Shown piece after piece: positions 55,958 to 58,968 of a stretch of 58,968 nucleotides of DNA; the stretch's first letter is position 1; every line of letters starts with the position of its first letter. A program made the translations under genes and the position numbers. This stretch comes from Candidatus Omnitrophota bacterium (GTDB lineage: Bacteria; Omnitrophota; Gorgyraeia; Duberdicusellales; Duberdicusellaceae). Location of the stretch: positions 1 through 58,968 of the forward strand of contig QNCG01000001.1 in assembly GCA_003644445.1 (NCBI GenBank), given 5' to 3'. Under the pieces are notes generated by a model. That model was not told where the DNA came from and did no database searches. It saw nothing but the letters and a program-made list of their open reading frames with translations.

Positions 55958-56678
55958 ATTTAAAAAGCCCCAGACTTTAAAAGATAAGCCCTTTCATTAT
56001 TGCCCGGGTTGTGGCCACGGCATAGTTCACCGGATTATAGCCGAAATAGTTGAAGAGTTAGGGATTAGAGAAAGAACAGTAGGAGTTGCTCCTGTAGGTT
56101 GTGCTGTGGTTGCTTATGATTACTGGGATTTTGATACTACTGAGGCTGCCCACGGAAGGGCTTTAGCAGTGGCTACGGCTATAAAAAGGTGCAGACCGCA
56201 GTTAACAGTGTTTACTTACCAGGGAGACGGAGACTTAGTCTCAATTGGGATAGCAGAGACTTTGCACTCTGCTAACAGAGGAGAAAACTTAACTTGTATA
56301 TTTATAAATAATGCTTGTTATGGGATGACTGGAGGACAGATGGCTCCCACTACTTTAATTGGCCAAAAAACTGCAACTACTCCTCAGGGGAGAGACCCTA
56401 AGAGGGGAGAAGGCTACCCTTTAAAAGTTCCCGAACTTTTAGCAAACTTAAAAGGCGTAGTCTATGCTGAGAGAACTTCTGTAGATAGTCCAGCCAATAT
56501 AATTAAGACCAGACAGGCTGTAAAAAAAGCTTTTTTAAATCAAATAGAAGAAAAAGGTTTTTCTTTGGTGGAAGTATTATCTCAGTGCCCAACTATTTGG
56601 GGTTTAAGTCCTGTTCAGGCAGTAAAGTGGGTTAGAGAAGTAATGACTAAAGAGTTTCCCTTGGGAAGGGTAAAGTGA
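55950..56678 (+). CDS. 2-oxoacid:ferredoxin oxidoreductase beta subunit (TPP-binding)
   Basis: 242 aa with YCPGCGHG and GDGD...NN TPP-binding motifs. Confidence 0.9.
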   Translation: MPEFKKPQTLKDKPFHYCPGCGHGIVHRIIAEIVEELGIRERTVGVAPVGCAVVAYDYWDFDTTEAAHGRALAVATAIKRCRPQLTVFTYQGDGDLVSIGIAETLHSANRGENLTCIFINNACYGMTGGQMAPTTLIGQKTATTPQGRDPKRGEGYPLKVPELLANLKGVVYAERTSVDSPANIIKTRQAVKKAFLNQIEEKGFSLVEVLSQCPTIWGLSPVQAVKWVREVMTKEFPLGRVK

Positions 56679-57223
56679 ATTTTAAAGAAGAAAAAATTTT
56701 AATAGCCGGTTTTGGTGGACAGGGGATAATGTTTTTAGGAAAAATTTTAGCCCTGTCTGCTGTTGAGGAAGGAAGAAGAATAACTTTTCTCCGTTCTTAC
56801 GGAGCAGAGATGCGGGGAGGCACAGCTAATTGTATGTTGAGAATAAGTAATAGAGAAATAGCCTCGCCGGTTTTTGAGAAAGCCACCTTAGCCTTTATTA
56901 TGAATCAGCCTTCCTGGGAGAAATTTAAGGAGAGGATAGAAGAGGGAGGTTTTCTTTTTCTAAATAGCTCCTTGATAAAGAAAGAAATTAGAAAAAATAA
57001 AATAAAGGTGAGGAGAGCTCCTTTAAATGAGTTAGCCCTTAAAGCCGGTTCTTTAAAGACAGCTAATATTGTAGGTTTAGGTTTTCTTTTAAAAGAGGCG
57101 CCAATTGTAAAATTAAGCACAATTAGAGAGGTTCTTAAGAAGACTTTCAAGAATAATTCCCAACTCCTTAAATTGAATTTAACCGCCTTAAGTTTAGGAG
57201 TTAGTTATGAAAGTAAGGACTAG
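56675..57223 (+). CDS. 2-oxoacid:ferredoxin oxidoreductase gamma subunit
   Basis: 182 aa with GFGGQGI and SYGAEMRGG motifs. Confidence 0.9.
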   Translation: MNFKEEKILIAGFGGQGIMFLGKILALSAVEEGRRITFLRSYGAEMRGGTANCMLRISNREIASPVFEKATLAFIMNQPSWEKFKERIEEGGFLFLNSSLIKKEIRKNKIKVRRAPLNELALKAGSLKTANIVGLGFLLKEAPIVKLSTIREVLKKTFKNNSQLLKLNLTALSLGVSYESKD

Positions 57224-58502
57224 GTTTGCTCCTTCTCCTACCGGTTTTCTCCATTTAGGAGGAGCAAGAACAGCTCTTTTTAGCTGGCTTTATGCAAGAA
57301 AGAATAAAGGAGAGTTCATATTGAGAATAGAAGATACTGACCGGGTTCGCTCTAAAAAAGAATATTTAGATGAAATTTTAGAATCGCTAAGATGGTTAGG
57401 AATAGATTGGGATAAAATTTTTTATCAATCAGAAAGATTTGATATTTATAGAGAATATGCTAAAAAGTTAGTTAGCCAAGGAAAAGCTTACAAAAAAGAA
57501 GGGGCAATATTTTTTAGATATGAGTTTAAAGAGATAAAGATAAACGATTTAATTCGTGGCCAAATTATATTTAAAGAGTTACCTAAAGAGGAGGAAGTGA
57601 TTATTAAAAGTGATGGCACTCCTGCTTATAATTTCAGTTGCTGTATAGACGATGCTTTAATGGGAATAACCCATATAATTAGAGGAGAGGACCATATTTC
57701 TAATACCCCTAAGCAGATTTTGATGTATGAGGCTTTGGTTTTCAATATCCCTGAGTTTGCTCATGTCCCCTTAATTTTATCAGAGAGTGGTCAGAGATTA
57801 TCTAAAAGATTCGGGGCAACCTCTTTAAGGGAATATAGAGAGAAGGGGTATCTATCAAGGGCTTTAGTAAATTATCTTTTGCTTTTGGGGTGGTCGCCGG
57901 GTAACAACCGAGAAATTATCTCTTTAGAGGAGGCGGTTAAGATTTTTGATATCAGAAATGTAAATAAAACTTCCTCTATTTTTTCATTTGATAAGTTAGA
58001 TTGGGTAAATTCCGAATATATAAAAGCTCAAAAGTTAGACGATTTAGTAAAGTTGGTTAAGGATTATTTAGAAGAGAGGAAATTTTTGTCCCAGGATATA
58101 GAGGATGATTATTTAAGGAAAGTTGTTGAGCTTTTTAAAACTAGAATCTCTAAACTTTCTGATTTGATAGAGTGGGCTTACTTCTGTTTCTATGATGATT
58201 TTGTATATGCTCCTGATACTGAGGAAATTTTAAGGAGAGATCTATCAAGGGAAATGGAAATACTGATAGAGAGGTTAGCAAAATTGGAAAGTTTTAACAG
58301 GGAGAATATAGAGAAAGAGTTTAGGGCTACAGCGGCTGATTTAGGATTAAAGGCAAAAGATTTAGTTCATCCCACAAGAGTTGCTTTAACAGGGAAAAAA
58401 ATTGGCCCAGGATTGTTTGAAACAATGGAGGTTTTAGGCAGGGATAGAGTGATAGATAGGTTGAGGAGAATGGTTAAATATTGGGGAGGTGACCATGTAT
58501 AA
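57207..58502 (+). CDS. gltX: Glutamate--tRNA ligase (short form)
   Basis: 431 aa with RFAPSPTGFLHLGGART (HIGH-type) and RLSKRF (KMSKS-type) motifs. Confidence 0.95.
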   Translation: MKVRTRFAPSPTGFLHLGGARTALFSWLYARKNKGEFILRIEDTDRVRSKKEYLDEILESLRWLGIDWDKIFYQSERFDIYREYAKKLVSQGKAYKKEGAIFFRYEFKEIKINDLIRGQIIFKELPKEEEVIIKSDGTPAYNFSCCIDDALMGITHIIRGEDHISNTPKQILMYEALVFNIPEFAHVPLILSESGQRLSKRFGATSLREYREKGYLSRALVNYLLLLGWSPGNNREIISLEEAVKIFDIRNVNKTSSIFSFDKLDWVNSEYIKAQKLDDLVKLVKDYLEERKFLSQDIEDDYLRKVVELFKTRISKLSDLIEWAYFCFYDDFVYAPDTEEILRRDLSREMEILIERLAKLESFNRENIEKEFRATAADLGLKAKDLVHPTRVALTGKKIGPGLFETMEVLGRDRVIDRLRRMVKYWGGDHV

Positions 58503-58656
58503 GGTAATTCTTCTTGTCCTTTTGGTGATAGCAGGCTTTACATTTTCAGGATGTAATACTTTGAAAGGAGCCGGTCAAGGAGTCGTTGAGGGAGCAAAGA
58601 AAGATTGGGAAGCGATTAAAAAATGGGATAAAGAGTTCAGAGAAAAGTACTGGTGA
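58495..58656 (+). CDS. Small entericidin-like lipoprotein (not in the ORF track)
   Basis: Manual translation gives MYKVILLVLLVIAGFTFSGCNTLKGAGQGVVEGAKKDWEAIKKWDKEFREKYW (53 aa). The lipobox FSGC followed by NTxxGxG resembles the EcnA/B family. It overlaps the gltX stop by 8 nt. Confidence 0.55.
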   Translation: MYKVILLVLLVIAGFTFSGCNTLKGAGQGVVEGAKKDWEAIKKWDKEFREKYW

Positions 58657-58735
58657 TTTCTGGTTTAGAAATTAGAAGTTTCAGAGTGGATAATATTAAA
58701 TCAATTTACCCTTTAAGCTGATGATAAATTATGAT

Positions 58736-58806
58736 TGCCCGGTGGTGTAATGGTAGCACGCATGGCTCTGAACCATGTAGTCCTAGTTCGAATCTAGGCC
58801 GGGCAG
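58736..58806 (+). tRNA. tRNA-Gln (anticodon CUG)
   Basis: The sequence is TGCCCGGTGGTGTAATGGTAGCACGCATGGCTCTGAACCATGTAGTCCTAGTTCGAATCTAGGCCGGGCAG. The anticodon loop is CTCTGAA. U1-A72 and G73 are typical of bacterial tRNA-Gln. Confidence 0.9.
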
Positions 58807-58832
58807 CGCTAAACCACGTCGGGTTTAGCGCT
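58805..58832 (+). other. Perfect 11 bp hairpin abutting the tRNA-Gln 3' end
   Basis: AGCGCTAAACC (58805-58815) pairs with GGTTTAGCGCT (58822-58832) across a 6 nt loop. No T run follows, so it is not a classical intrinsic terminator. Confidence 0.5.
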
Positions 58833-58886
58833 GTGAACCCGAAGCGTAAGCTGAGTGGTTCATAGCTCTTACGTTAAGATAGATTG

Positions 58887-58968
58887 ATGTATTATGTTTA
58901 TGTTCTCTTCAGCCTCAAAGATAAAAAATTTTATATTGGACATACCAGTGATTTGAAAAGGCGTTTAC
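58887..58968 (+). CDS. GIY-YIG nuclease-family protein (N-terminal fragment, runs off the window)
   Basis: The translation MYYVYVLFSLKDKKFYIGHTSDLKRRL matches the GIY-YIG signature (YVY...YIG...RR). Confidence 0.7.
   Translation, partial: MYYVYVLFSLKDKKFYIGHTSDLKRRL

Overview
This is a visibly AT-rich bacterial chromosomal segment spanning the replication-origin neighbourhood. After three plus-strand genes (111-3165), every gene from 3211 to 40256 is on the minus strand. Every gene from 40372 to the window end is on the plus strand. The two blocks diverge at rpmH | dnaA. The origin-proximal set is complete and syntenic: rpmH-yidD-yidC, two consensus parS sites, parA-parB, then dnaA-dnaN-DUF721-gyrB-gyrA. 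The rest is mostly core housekeeping: era, pheST, thrS-infC-rpmI-rplT, yicC-remA-gmk-rpoZ, ndk, rsmI, rny-ymdB, dxs, gltX, rarA and TrkAH. Anaerobe-style genes are also present: Rex, a four-subunit 2-oxoacid:ferredoxin oxidoreductase, LarE and TreT. I support eight canonical tRNA genes from explicit cloverleaf and anticodon reading, plus two small CDSs missing from the ORF track (rpmH and an entericidin-like lipoprotein). I see no CRISPR array, transposase, integrase, prophage or recognisable defence island, so no novel multi-gene system is claimed. The items most worth a second look are: (1) a tRNA cluster at 33.97-34.56 kb, where a canonical tRNA-Cys is nested inside a longer helix. The outer arms of that helix read like a second, incomplete Cys tRNA. 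The same cluster holds a tRNA-Val(UAC)-like element with precise hairpin insertions in its T loop and D loop. (2) A roughly 160-170 nt rod-shaped candidate RNA (6S-like) with its own promoter between gyrA and rarA, two genes upstream of 5-formyl-THF cyclo-ligase. (3) A translationally coupled operon encoding a transglutaminase lipoprotein, a TPR protein and a PilZ/coiled-coil/toroid-like protein. (4) An unusual fusion of a THEP1-like NTPase with an NAD(P)HX epimerase domain. (5) An orphan CpaF-type ATPase at the head of the thrS operon. (6) rpmH abutting yidD with no rnpA. Lineage cannot be assigned from the sequence alone. Several aminoacyl-tRNA synthetases lack accessory domains, which suggests a streamlined genome.
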